Below are positions 47,431 through 56,903 of a stretch of DNA of 64,000 bases, in pieces (position 1 is the first letter of the stretch; each line of letters opens with the position of its first letter). The notes below the pieces were generated by a model. That model was not told where the DNA came from. It made no database searches and saw only the letters and a program-made list of their open reading frames with translations. This DNA comes from a virus, in IMG/VR virus record IMGVR_UViG_3300027749_000066, positions 1-64,000 of that record. One strand, written 5' to 3'. The position numbers and the translations under genes were made by a program.

Positions 47431-47716
47431 ACCGTATAAACAAAAAGATTGGTTATATTATCATTATGTTCAAAAAAGAATGAACCTTAAAGATATGGTT
47501 GTTCTTCTTGAACAAAAGTATAATATTAAAATTAGTCATCAGGCTATTTATAACTGGCTAGTTAAATATGATCTTTTGAAATATAGAGGTAAGGGTAGGA
47601 AAATTGGCGCAAATCTTCAGGGCAAGAAAAAATCCAGCGCAATGGGGAAACGTCCTGATAGGATTCGTGAGGAGCGAATGAGAGCCTTAGCGAGAGCTAA
47701 GAAGAAAAAAAGATAG
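47420..47716 (+). CDS. HTH DNA-binding protein
   Basis: YKQKDWL...ISHQAIYNWL; basic tail; AAGGAG RBS. Confidence 0.65.
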   Translation: MPLEPYKQKDWLYYHYVQKRMNLKDMVVLLEQKYNIKISHQAIYNWLVKYDLLKYRGKGRKIGANLQGKKKSSAMGKRPDRIREERMRALARAKKKKR

Positions 47717-47728
47717 ACTTATATTCTG

Positions 47729-48106
47729 ATGGATGAAGAATATTTATTTTTTGAAGAAGATGACAGAGTACGAGATTTAGTTGTTCCTCCGTATTCTGAA
47801 GTACAAAAAATTCTTTTTGGTATATCATATTTTTTTGCAAATATTTGGAATAACACTATGTTAGATATTGCTAATCATGGTTATACTATAGTTGATAAAG
47901 AATTGACACCCATGATGATGTTCGATGCCATTGATGCTGGTATAATAATGCCTATCTATGTGCAAAGTCCGGAAAATGCTGATAGAATGATTTTCAAGTT
48001 CTGGAATCCATTGGAACAAATTTATTGTGATATTGATGAAATGGACTTGGAAGACTTTTATTGGTTTACTGTAATATTAAATAATGGAATTTGGAGTTAT
48101 AACTAA
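47729..48106 (+). CDS. Hypothetical protein
   Basis: 125-aa acidic ORF in operon. Confidence 0.6.
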   Translation: MDEEYLFFEEDDRVRDLVVPPYSEVQKILFGISYFFANIWNNTMLDIANHGYTIVDKELTPMMMFDAIDAGIIMPIYVQSPENADRMIFKFWNPLEQIYCDIDEMDLEDFYWFTVILNNGIWSYN

Positions 48107-48429
48107 TGTCTAATACGACTAAAGATGCGTTCAGAATTGTAGAGAAAGAGTTAAGTAAGTTTTGCTCTTATGATAATGTTAAATCTGTCTTGTCTAAATA
48201 TATGATTGGGAAATATGATCCCGAACTTGTTGAGAAGCTTCTTGTAATTCTTGGTACAGAATTTCGTCATAATCTTGAAAGACTTACGTCGAATCTTCCT
48301 GATGATAATGTTGAGGCTGCTGCTGTTGTAAGCAGAAAAGCAGCGAATAAGCGTGGACGCCCTAGGAAGAATGACTTACAGATTGAAGCTGCTGATGATT
48401 TTGATTTTGATGATGTCAAAGAAGACTAA
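48106..48429 (+). CDS. Hypothetical protein with AT-hook-like KRGRPRK
   Basis: TAATG overlap; KRGRPRK motif. Confidence 0.6.
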   Translation: MSNTTKDAFRIVEKELSKFCSYDNVKSVLSKYMIGKYDPELVEKLLVILGTEFRHNLERLTSNLPDDNVEAAAVVSRKAANKRGRPRKNDLQIEAADDFDFDDVKED

Positions 48430-48452
48430 TCATATATGGTATAATTGTTACT

Positions 48453-49052
48453 ATGGCCAATAAATTAGAGAAATCAGATAATATATTTGACAAAGCAAAA
48501 AAGGTTGAGCAAGTTGGTTTGCTTAATCTTAAAGGCTATTCTAATTCGGATATTGCTGAACTTGAAAATATTTCTGTTCAGACTGTTAGGGAGTACGTTT
48601 CTCAGTATAAAATTTATCTTGAGAGTACTGCCGAGAATGACCCTTATTTCTTAGAAAAAGTTCAGTATAATACTGTCAAGGCTTTGGCTGAATTTGATGA
48701 GATTTCTAAGGAAGCTTGGGAGACTGTTGAAATTGCCACTAGAGAGGGAATGGTTTCTGGTAGAAATCAAGCCCTCAAACTTTGTTTAGATATTGCTACT
48801 AAAAAAGCACAACTTCATCAACTCATGGGTGGTACTAAAACAGATGGCGAATATATTGCAAGAATGCAAAAAGCCGAAACTGTTAATCAAATTATCTCTA
48901 AGGTTATTAGAGATGTTATTGCTAATTGCGATGACTGCAAAGCGAAGGCTTCGCCTATGCTTCGTGAGGCTTTCTCTATGATGGATTCAGAGTCTGCTGA
49001 CGATACCGAAGATATTGTTGAGGTATATGAAGATGCAGAAATTATTGATTAG
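48453..49052 (+). CDS. HTH/coiled-coil protein, candidate terminase small subunit
   Basis: N-terminal HTH GYSNSDIAELENISVQTV; helical body; upstream of terL; function inferred from position. Confidence 0.45.
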   Translation: MANKLEKSDNIFDKAKKVEQVGLLNLKGYSNSDIAELENISVQTVREYVSQYKIYLESTAENDPYFLEKVQYNTVKALAEFDEISKEAWETVEIATREGMVSGRNQALKLCLDIATKKAQLHQLMGGTKTDGEYIARMQKAETVNQIISKVIRDVIANCDDCKAKASPMLREAFSMMDSESADDTEDIVEVYEDAEIID

Positions 49053-49350
49053 AAAGTTTCCCGAAAAATCCACAGCGGCATGGTGTTTTATTGGATTTTT
49101 TATTTTAATTTATGATGTTATTGCATTGCTTTTAAATGATTCTTCCAAAGAGAAGAAAGATTTTTATGAAACACTTTCTGATGGTTGTTGGCGTGGTATT
49201 GAACATTCAATTTTTCGATGGCCAATTTGGTTATTTATCTTTACAATTGCTAAACATTTAGCTGCTCCAGATTTTTTTCGTAAATATGATCCAATAAAAA
49301 TTGTTGGAATATTTGTAAGATATTTAAAGAAAAGTGTTAATAATGGGTGA
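49015..49350 (+). CDS. Small membrane protein
   Basis: Two hydrophobic segments; ETLS motif; start uncertain. Confidence 0.55.
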   Translation: MLRYMKMQKLLIRKFPEKSTAAWCFIGFFILIYDVIALLLNDSSKEKKDFYETLSDGCWRGIEHSIFRWPIWLFIFTIAKHLAAPDFFRKYDPIKIVGIFVRYLKKSVNNG

Positions 49351-51127
49351 TGATTTTTTTGGAACAAATTTAGATCTTAATGATTTTGAAAAACTTCTTA
49401 AGAATGAAGATCTTCTTGAGGAGCCTGTATCATTAGAGAAGTTTGTTACTGATAAACATTATCTCGGTCTTCCTCCTTTAAGTGAGATTCAACTTGAGAT
49501 TGGCAAAAGAATTACTCAAATTTTTAAACCAGAAACTCTTGTTCAACTTATGGGTGAAGAGCAAGGGTTGGAATATTATCACAACTACACTGTCAATGAA
49601 GTTATTTGTCAGTTAGGAAAAGGTTCAGGTAAAGATCACGTTTCACGCGTGTCTCTTGCTTATATTGCCTATCTGCTTCATTGTCTTAGAGATCCTCTTG
49701 ATTACTTTGGCAAAGCTGCTGGTGTTTATATTGATCTTGTCAACCTTGCTGTTAACGCAAAACAGGCGCAACAGGTTTTCTTTGATCCTTTAAAGAATCT
49801 TCTCTTAGCTTCTCCGTGGGCTAATGAGGTTGGTTTTGAACCTAGAGTTCAGGAGATCTTTTGGTTTAGTCGTCCTGTTCGAATGTTCTCCGGTCACTCT
49901 GAGGCTGAAGGCTGGGAGGGCTATGAAGTTCTTATTGTTGTTCTTGATGAGATCTCAGCATTCAAAACTGATAATGAACTTAAGGGCCAACTTCGCAATA
50001 AGGGTTCTGCTTCAGAAATTTATGACATGGCTCGAGCTTCTATTACTTCTCGCTTTCCAAGTGTTGGAAAAGTTGTTCTTCTTTCTTTCCCTAGATTCAA
50101 AGGAGACTTTATTCAGCAAAGATATAAGTCAGTTATTGACGATTTAATTGAGCATGGTGGAGTTATGCTTGATGAGAAAGTGGGGAACCGTGGAGGCTAT
50201 AGAGAGGCCACTTCGTGGTGCTTAAAAGCTGCAACGTGGGAAGTAAATCCCACTCGTCACCGTGAAGAGTTTGAGAATGAGTTTCGGCGTGATCCTATTA
50301 TGGCTCGCGCTCGTTTTGCTTGTGAGCCTCCTGAAATGGTTGATGCTTATTTTCGTGATCCCGAGTCTGTTCGTAATGCATTTAGATTTAAAGAAGATCC
50401 TCTTGATAATGAAGGACATTACAAAGAGTGGTTTCTAGGCAAAGATCCTCATCCTAGGTACATTCATATCGATCTTGGTCTTAAACGAGATCGTGCTGCT
50501 CTTTGTATGGTTCACTCTCCGGGTCTTAAGAAGATTAAGACTATGGGTGGTGTTGAAAATCTTCCTATTATTGAGATGGATTATTTGCAAAGTTGGAAGG
50601 CCGAAGATAACTCTGAGATTCCTTTTTCAGAGATTCGTTCTACTATTACAGATCTTACAAAAAGGTTTACTGTTGTATCTGTGACGTTTGATCAATGGAA
50701 CTCTGCTGATATGATTCAATCATTGAGAGCTATTGGAGTTAATGCTGATCTGCATACTGTTGCTAAAAAAGATTATGATACTCTTTCTACCACAATTTAC
50801 GATGGACGTTTCCGTGGTTATTGGAATAATATTGTTGTTGAGGATGAGCTTTTGAAATTAAAACTTATCAATAATACTAAGGTTGATCATCCTTCATCGG
50901 GGTCTAAAGATTTAGCTGACTCTGTTGCTGGCGCTACTTTTATGTGTATGACTAATCTTAGTACAGAATTTGAGTTTGATATAGAGATATTAGATGAGAC
51001 TAATTATACATTACTAGAGTCTGAAAATGATACTCATATTGTCGATATGATTTCCAGAAATTTTAAAGAAAATGGGAAGCCAAAGCAATTGCCAGAAGAT
51101 ATTTCTGATTGGCTTGAGATAATATAA
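49343..51127 (+). CDS. terL: Terminase large subunit
   Basis: GKGSGKD Walker A; VVLDE Walker B; HIDLG, TFDQW, KVDHP...SKDLADS nuclease motifs. Confidence 0.93.
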   Translation: MGDDFFGTNLDLNDFEKLLKNEDLLEEPVSLEKFVTDKHYLGLPPLSEIQLEIGKRITQIFKPETLVQLMGEEQGLEYYHNYTVNEVICQLGKGSGKDHVSRVSLAYIAYLLHCLRDPLDYFGKAAGVYIDLVNLAVNAKQAQQVFFDPLKNLLLASPWANEVGFEPRVQEIFWFSRPVRMFSGHSEAEGWEGYEVLIVVLDEISAFKTDNELKGQLRNKGSASEIYDMARASITSRFPSVGKVVLLSFPRFKGDFIQQRYKSVIDDLIEHGGVMLDEKVGNRGGYREATSWCLKAATWEVNPTRHREEFENEFRRDPIMARARFACEPPEMVDAYFRDPESVRNAFRFKEDPLDNEGHYKEWFLGKDPHPRYIHIDLGLKRDRAALCMVHSPGLKKIKTMGGVENLPIIEMDYLQSWKAEDNSEIPFSEIRSTITDLTKRFTVVSVTFDQWNSADMIQSLRAIGVNADLHTVAKKDYDTLSTTIYDGRFRGYWNNIVVEDELLKLKLINNTKVDHPSSGSKDLADSVAGATFMCMTNLSTEFEFDIEILDETNYTLLESENDTHIVDMISRNFKENGKPKQLPEDISDWLEII

Positions 51128-51137
51128 AAAGGAAAAA

Positions 51138-51407
51138 ATGAAAGATAAAGACTTGCTGCTTGCAAAGTGTAGAATTAATGCTGTACCAACTTCAATGTTT
51201 TTTGAAGATTTTGAAACTCTTTCTCTTAAAGATAAGAAAGAAGTTTTATCTTTGTGTAAAGATTGTGTAGTAAAAGATAAGTGTCTTGAAGACGCTTTAT
51301 CTCACAAGAATACTTATGGAGTTTGGGGTGGACAGTTCTTCAAGAAGGGTCGCCCTATGCGTGTCAGTATGACTGCGAAAAAGAAGGCGTCAAAGGCTCT
51401 CGCATAG
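51138..51407 (+). CDS. whiB: WhiB-family transcriptional regulator
   Basis: AKC...FF...LCKDCVVKDKCL...YGVWGG; basic tail. Confidence 0.88.
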   Translation: MKDKDLLLAKCRINAVPTSMFFEDFETLSLKDKKEVLSLCKDCVVKDKCLEDALSHKNTYGVWGGQFFKKGRPMRVSMTAKKKASKALA

Positions 51408-51460
51408 TATTGCAACTTTTTGTTGCCACCAAAAAAAATTTTGGTGTTGAGGTAGGTTTC

Positions 51461-51507
51461 CGATCAGGTGGCGATATACTGTTCCCTAGTGGTCAGGCAC
51501 CCTGATC
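51461..51507 (+). promoter_or_regulatory. -10 element flanked by a 10-bp perfect inverted repeat
   Basis: CGATCAGGTG (51461-51470) and CACCTGATCG (51498-51507) bracket TATACT (51475-51480). Confidence 0.55.
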
Positions 51508-51537
51508 GCTACTTATCCATAACAATAAGGAGTAGTA

Positions 51538-51870
51538 ATGCTTAACATTGAAAAGACAGATGAACTTCCGCAGGTTCGTCGTGGCGGTGGCCGTCCTTCA
51601 GCAGAACGCAAGCAGATTCAAGATGCTTTAAATACTCTTGAGACTCAGGTTATTCGTGATGTTGAGGCGGGTAACAAGTACAATGCTCTTCAGCAACGTA
51701 TCCGCCAGACTGCTGCTAGTTTGAACCTTAAGGTCAAGATTGTTTATCGTAAGCATGAAGATAGCGAAACTGTCGGAGATCTTTATTTCGTCGGTTTTAA
51801 TGATGATGATGTTGAGAAGAGCAAGTCGAACACAATTCGTCGTAGTATGAAGGCTAAGGCTGAAGTTTGA
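51538..51870 (+). CDS. Hypothetical basic protein, possible DNA-binding
   Basis: AAGGAG RBS; LPQVRRGGGRPS N-terminus. Confidence 0.7.
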   Translation: MLNIEKTDELPQVRRGGGRPSAERKQIQDALNTLETQVIRDVEAGNKYNALQQRIRQTAASLNLKVKIVYRKHEDSETVGDLYFVGFNDDDVEKSKSNTIRRSMKAKAEV

Positions 51871-52040
51871 CATCTGTGAAAGAAAGTGTCAATAATCTCC
51901 CCGATAATTTCGGGGAGATTATTGATGTTATTGACAAATTTTTGTCTACAACTTCTGGTAGAAATCTAATAGATAGTAATGAAATTCAAGATTTTTGTTT
52001 GGACTTGAGAATCTTAATGACTCCTAAAGTTGATAATTAA
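51867..52040 (+). CDS. Small helical protein (57 aa, absent from ORF track)
   Basis: TTGA overlap with upstream stop; MTSVKESVNNLPDNFGEIIDVIDKFLSTTSGRNLIDSNEIQDFCLDLRILMTPKVDN. Confidence 0.5.
   Translation: MTSVKESVNNLPDNFGEIIDVIDKFLSTTSGRNLIDSNEIQDFCLDLRILMTPKVDN
51889..51925. terminator. 16-bp perfect hairpin (terminator or RNA-processing site)
   Basis: TCAATAATCTCCCCGA-TAATT-TCGGGGAGATTATTGA. Confidence 0.6.
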
Positions 52041-52078
52041 GTCTATTTTTGATAAAATAGATGTACTGAGGTATTGAT

Positions 52079-52303
52079 ATGTTTCAGAATAAATATAAAT
52101 ATCTTAGTATTATTAAGTCTACAAAATTATTTGTAGAGTCAATGTTCCTTCACATAAATAGGATATATAAAGAATATATTCAAGTCGTTGATGATGACGG
52201 CATTTTTATGTATGCACAGATGGGCGACTGGCAAGAGTCAGGTATGTTAGATTATATTTTTATTTCTCATATAGCCATTTCCTGTGTAGAGCAAGGACTG
52301 TAG
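52079..52303 (+). CDS. Hypothetical protein
   Basis: GAGGT RBS; TGATAAAAT upstream. Confidence 0.45.
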   Translation: MFQNKYKYLSIIKSTKLFVESMFLHINRIYKEYIQVVDDDGIFMYAQMGDWQESGMLDYIFISHIAISCVEQGL

Positions 52304-52843
<540 letters not shown>

Positions 52844-52926
52844 AAATATTTAATGAGCTTTTCTAGGTTATGTCCGAAAGAGTTTGCAAAATATTTTTGC
52901 AGTTAGTAAAACTAAATACTTTTTTT

Positions 52927-52964
52927 AAAAAAATGGAGGCCCTATTTGGGTCTCCATTTTTTTT
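52927..52964. terminator. Bidirectional intrinsic terminator
   Basis: AAAAAAATGGAGGCCC-TATTT-GGGTCTCCATTTTTTTT. Confidence 0.85.
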
Positions 52965-53106
52965 CATTAAATTTTAGTTAAATGTTAAGCCAAATGTCGT
53001 GGGCGCCAGAGTTTAGCTTTATATCTTCATTCAAGATCTCGAGCTAACAAATAATGACGATTTTTGTGATCGATCCAATACACAAGCAATTCGGGAACTT
53101 TGGTTT

Positions 53107-53150
53107 AACTAGGTGTAACATTTGACTGAACCGGTTGAATACGATATGAT
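53107..53150 (+). promoter_or_regulatory. Putative early promoter, copy 1
   Basis: AACTAGGT...TTGACT-17 nt-TATGAT. Confidence 0.7.
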
Positions 53151-53195
53151 GACATTTGTCAGAAGTTCACTCATTCATTATGAAAGAAGAAGTTA

Positions 53196-54584
53196 ATGAA
53201 ATATATTCGCATTGCGAATAAAGCTGGCTTTGTTAATAGACTTTATCTTGAAAAGTTGGGACTTTCTACAAAAAGAGACGATGAGAATACTATTGGCCAA
53301 TTTGGTTCAGGTTCAAAGTTCGCTCCAATTGCCGCTTTGCGTAATGGTTGGCAGTGGATTAATGTTGGTGAAGATGAACTTGGCCAATATAAAATGGAGT
53401 ATGTTGTCAAGGAAGAATGTGATATTAATTCTATTTTTTATTATTACAACAATGAGTATCTGAAGCCCTCTTCTTTTGTTATTGAAGCTGGTGTTCTTTC
53501 TTGGGATAGTGAGTTTCAAATTTTTCGTGAAGCATTCTCTAATGCTCTTGATGAGTTTACTGCTAACGGAAATGAATATACCATTACGTTTGTTGATGAT
53601 ATTGTCTTTGAGCCTGGTGTATTTGCAGTTTATTTAACTGCGTGTGATGAACTGATTGAGATTATCAACAACTTTGATAAGTATTTTTCGATCAAACGTA
53701 ATAAGATCGCATCGATTAGTGACAAAGAAAAAATCTTTAATCCTTTTGATAAAGAAGTTAATTTTTATTACAAGGGTGTTCTTGTTCATAATGACAAGAA
53801 TAGTTCTTCACCTATCTTCAATTATGAGATTCCTAGTATTACTTTGAATGAAGAACGTCGTGTGCGTAACACTTATGAACTTGGTTCTAAAGTGACGCAA
53901 ATGTTTTACTATCTTAATAGTAATAATGATGGACATGATAGTATTGCTAAAACTCTTATTGCAAATGCTGGAAATGATTGTTGGGAATGGACTATTCCTG
54001 TCCATCATGTTGAGACTTGGTTTTCTCTCAACTATCATAATTCCAATAATTCTTTCAAAAATGCTTGGGAGAGTATGTATGGTGATACTATTGCTGTAAC
54101 ACCTGAACTTATGCGCTTTAAGTCGCAGTTTGCTTTGCGTAATGTCAAGACTATTGAGATTAAAAGTGCATATTTGTATGCTATGCTTCAGCGCTCCGGT
54201 GTTCCTTGCGCTGATTCTATTCTTGGTGATGAGATTAATTATGAGTTTGTTAGTCTTGCTGAACGTCAACAAAATAGATTTGATACAGCAGTTCGGGTCG
54301 TTAAGTCTTATATCAAAGATTTTGATAGTTATGTGAAAGATTTCAAGTTCTTTCTTCCTCAAGGTGAACAAGATCGTATTCTTGGTGTTGCTAATATGGA
54401 TAAGAATACTGTCTATCTTTCAGTGTATGCTTTTGATAGTATGAATACTTTAGTTGGTACTATTGTTCATGAGTATGATCATCTTAGAACTGGTCTTGGT
54501 GATGATGATAATGCTTTTCGTAGTGCTGCTGATGATCATATTGGTAATCTTCTTCTTCAACTTCATGAAAGGAGTTCGTCATGA
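53196..54584 (+). CDS. GHKL-type ATPase-like protein with C-terminal HEXXH motif
   Basis: LGLSTKR...IGQFGSGSK and FREAFSNALDE GHKL-like boxes; TIVHEYDH. Confidence 0.65.
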   Translation: MKYIRIANKAGFVNRLYLEKLGLSTKRDDENTIGQFGSGSKFAPIAALRNGWQWINVGEDELGQYKMEYVVKEECDINSIFYYYNNEYLKPSSFVIEAGVLSWDSEFQIFREAFSNALDEFTANGNEYTITFVDDIVFEPGVFAVYLTACDELIEIINNFDKYFSIKRNKIASISDKEKIFNPFDKEVNFYYKGVLVHNDKNSSSPIFNYEIPSITLNEERRVRNTYELGSKVTQMFYYLNSNNDGHDSIAKTLIANAGNDCWEWTIPVHHVETWFSLNYHNSNNSFKNAWESMYGDTIAVTPELMRFKSQFALRNVKTIEIKSAYLYAMLQRSGVPCADSILGDEINYEFVSLAERQQNRFDTAVRVVKSYIKDFDSYVKDFKFFLPQGEQDRILGVANMDKNTVYLSVYAFDSMNTLVGTIVHEYDHLRTGLGDDDNAFRSAADDHIGNLLLQLHERSSS

Positions 54585-54618
54585 CAGTCCTACCATAAGG
54601 TAGTCTATCAGGAGGAAT

Positions 54619-54759
54619 ATGTCAGCAATATTTGATATTATTAGATTGCTAATCTCTGCTGCCTTAGCAGTTATCGCTGGGATAGCAATTCTTTTACTAT
54701 CTATCTTTTTCATAGTAATACTAGTTGGTATGCCACTCGCTTTTATTGCGGGTCTATAG
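54619..54759 (+). CDS. 46-aa hydrophobic membrane peptide (absent from ORF track)
   Basis: AGGAGG upstream; MSAIFDIIRLLISAALAVIAGIAILLLSIFFIVILVGMPLAFIAGL. Confidence 0.55.
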   Translation: MSAIFDIIRLLISAALAVIAGIAILLLSIFFIVILVGMPLAFIAGL

Positions 54760-54771
54760 TGAGAGTGATTT

Positions 54772-55065
54772 ATGAGTAATGATAATTATTTTGTAGTAGA
54801 GGCTAGATTGCCTGTTTATATTGAGGAAGCTCTTTCTCCAGAAGAAGCCGCAAGGAAAGCAGCAAGAATTATTGAGAATGAGTATGGTGTCAATATAAGT
54901 AACTGGTTTCTTAGAGTGTTCGAATATGGTGCTGGCGAAGAGTCTGGACCTATTGCTGAATATTTTTCGAATCCGGCAGGATCAAAGTTCCGTAAAATTG
55001 ATCAGAATGTCAAAGAACACGATGACAAAATTCGTCAAGAAACAATAGAAAGCAATAGGGGATAA
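54772..55065 (+). CDS. Hypothetical protein
   Basis: Early-region operon ORF. Confidence 0.65.
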   Translation: MSNDNYFVVEARLPVYIEEALSPEEAARKAARIIENEYGVNISNWFLRVFEYGAGEESGPIAEYFSNPAGSKFRKIDQNVKEHDDKIRQETIESNRG

Positions 55066-55069
55066 CGCA

Positions 55070-55525
55070 ATGGGCTATTATATTAGTTTGATTGATAGTA
55101 ACGCTAAGCTTTGCGCTGAAGATTTAGATGAGGCTTATCGTATTTTGTGTGAGTTGAATAATGACAACACTCAAAAAACTGGTGGAACGATTCCTATTGA
55201 TAGAAAAGATGGGCCTCATGAAAACATTTGGTTTTCTTGGATGCCTTGGAATTATCCTGATCTTCTCAAAAGTGCTGCAGAAATTTTTGAGTATCTTGGT
55301 TTTTCTATGATCTGTCATGAAAATGGTGATCTTTTGCTTACCGGATATGATGATAAGATGGGCGCTGAAGATGTGTTTTTGGATAGTCTTAGTCATCTTT
55401 GGAATTCTGTAGATGAAGTAGAAAATCCATATTTCGCTTGGCGTGGTGAAGAGGGTGATATGTGGAGAACCATTTACGTTGGTGGTAAAGTTATAAATCA
55501 GACAGCTAAAATTGAATGGGGTTGA
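55070..55525 (+). CDS. Hypothetical phage protein
   Basis: FSWM...WRGEEGDMWR motif; AGGGG RBS. Confidence 0.7.
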   Translation: MGYYISLIDSNAKLCAEDLDEAYRILCELNNDNTQKTGGTIPIDRKDGPHENIWFSWMPWNYPDLLKSAAEIFEYLGFSMICHENGDLLLTGYDDKMGAEDVFLDSLSHLWNSVDEVENPYFAWRGEEGDMWRTIYVGGKVINQTAKIEWG

Positions 55526-55796
55526 AGTAATACAAATGGTTACTGAATACAAAACTACTGTTAGTTTTCTTCATTCTCCTTTTCCTTATGAGAATGAGCA
55601 GAAGAAGAAGTATAAGCCTTCTATTTTCAATGGTTGGTTTACTATTGATGAGTTGCGTAAGATGAATCCTGCTTTTAAGAACAAAGATGTTAATTGGGTT
55701 CCGAATGTCGATTTGCCTTATCCTGATGAAGTTACATTGTTTCATCCTTACAATGGTTATTATGTTCTTATTTCCGAATCAAGAATTAGGAGTTAG
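55512..55796 (+). CDS. Hypothetical protein
   Basis: Operon ORF; start may be ATG 55536. Confidence 0.55.
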   Translation: MNGVEVIQMVTEYKTTVSFLHSPFPYENEQKKKYKPSIFNGWFTIDELRKMNPAFKNKDVNWVPNVDLPYPDEVTLFHPYNGYYVLISESRIRS

Positions 55797-55798
55797 AA

Positions 55799-56194
55799 AT
55801 GTCTGTTACTGATACATCCCTTGAAGTTGTTGGAAGTATTAAGGTTAATTATCCATTGACTCGTCAGTTTGTTGACGATCTTCTTGTCACTGCTTTTGAA
55901 GGTGGCATTAATTATTGGTGTAGCAAAGCTTATCCTGTTGATAATATTTTCCCTGAAGGCGCAGTTTATACTTCTGATTGTTTGTCTCGGGGTAGAGATA
56001 TTGTTATTGTTGAAGAATCAGATGAAGATGGAGATCAAGGTAAGAATCATATTCTTACTCTTGATAATCTTATCTTTGGCATCAAGTGTTTTATGAATAT
56101 GCCTAATGCCAATAATATCTTCGATGATTATGATGCTTTTGATGCTGATGTTATTATTCAATTTGCAATTTTCAATGATGTTGTATACGGATAA
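55799..56194 (+). CDS. Hypothetical acidic phage protein
   Basis: TAFEGGINYW...DAFDADVIIQFAIFNDVVYG motif; AGGAG RBS. Confidence 0.72.
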   Translation: MSVTDTSLEVVGSIKVNYPLTRQFVDDLLVTAFEGGINYWCSKAYPVDNIFPEGAVYTSDCLSRGRDIVIVEESDEDGDQGKNHILTLDNLIFGIKCFMNMPNANNIFDDYDAFDADVIIQFAIFNDVVYG

Positions 56195-56207
56195 GGGAGA
56201 TATTTTA

Positions 56208-56420
56208 ATGGGTGATAATATTTACACTGTTAGTATTAGTAACACTTTCAATGCTGATTCTGCTAATGATGCTGTTATGCAAATGATTTGTTGGCTTCAA
56301 GAGTCTGCTCATTCTGCTGATTATCTTGTTGAGTGGGAAGCTATCGTTGCTGATATGTTTCGCAATTGTTCTGTGTTTATTGACTCAGGACAAATGATTC
56401 GTGAAAAAATTGAGTATTGA
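56208..56420 (+). CDS. Hypothetical protein
   Basis: GGGAG RBS before ATG 56208. Confidence 0.6.
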   Translation: MGDNIYTVSISNTFNADSANDAVMQMICWLQESAHSADYLVEWEAIVADMFRNCSVFIDSGQMIREKIEY

Positions 56421-56421
56421 T

Positions 56422-56577
56422 ATGGGTAAGAAACTTCGTGAAAAAGATTATCGTACTGGTTATGAGCAAGGTTATCGTGATGCTTTGAAGCAAGCAATGT
56501 CTATTGTTCATATGGAATGGGATCGACATAACAAGGAGATTAAAGTTGTTAAAGAGTACGGCAGTATCTCTGTTTGA
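56422..56577 (+). CDS. Small hypothetical protein (51 aa)
   Basis: YRTGYEQGYRDAL motif; fills operon gap. Confidence 0.5.
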   Translation: MGKKLREKDYRTGYEQGYRDALKQAMSIVHMEWDRHNKEIKVVKEYGSISV

Positions 56578-56728
56578 GAATATGATATTACCCGGTGTAA
56601 TTGCTGCTTATAGTGAATCTGATAAAGTTGCGATTAGAACTGCTTGGAATGATTGGACTGACGGTTTGTGTAAGTCTGGAGAGATTACACAAAAACAATA
56701 TGAAAGTTGGTTGAACCCCTTTGAGTGA
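56546..56728 (+). CDS. Hypothetical phage protein
   Basis: AAGGAG before TTG 56546; AWNDWTDGLCKSGEIT motif. Confidence 0.65.
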   Translation: MLKSTAVSLFENMILPGVIAAYSESDKVAIRTAWNDWTDGLCKSGEITQKQYESWLNPFE

Positions 56729-56903
56729 TGGAATTCTTTTGAAGAATGACCCTGAGGTTGAGGATCTTATTGTTTCTATTATTCTTGGTATTGAGAAGTA
56801 TAATGAGTATGCTAAGAATACTAATAAAGATTCATCAGGTACTAAGCTTATTATTAAACACAAGCTCAAAGAGCTTGACGACTTTGTTTGGAGTGTGATT
56901 TAA
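56721..56903 (+). CDS. Hypothetical protein
   Basis: Overlapping operon ORF. Confidence 0.45.
   Translation: MSDGILLKNDPEVEDLIVSIILGIEKYNEYAKNTNKDSSGTKLIIKHKLKELDDFVWSVI

Noticed and set aside
39976-51127. Inteins or introns in dnaE, recA or terL
   Set aside because: Lengths are ordinary, motifs are contiguous, and no intein splice motifs or split frames were seen.
51461-51507. Recombinase-driven invertible promoter
   Set aside because: Only 27 bp between 10-bp arms and no recombinase in the window; kept as an operator hypothesis.
52844-53195. tRNA or tmRNA in intergenic regions (also 37485-37700, 57564-57775)
   Set aside because: No cloverleaf with T-loop GTTCRA and acceptor stem found by eye; tRNAscan/ARAGORN would settle it.
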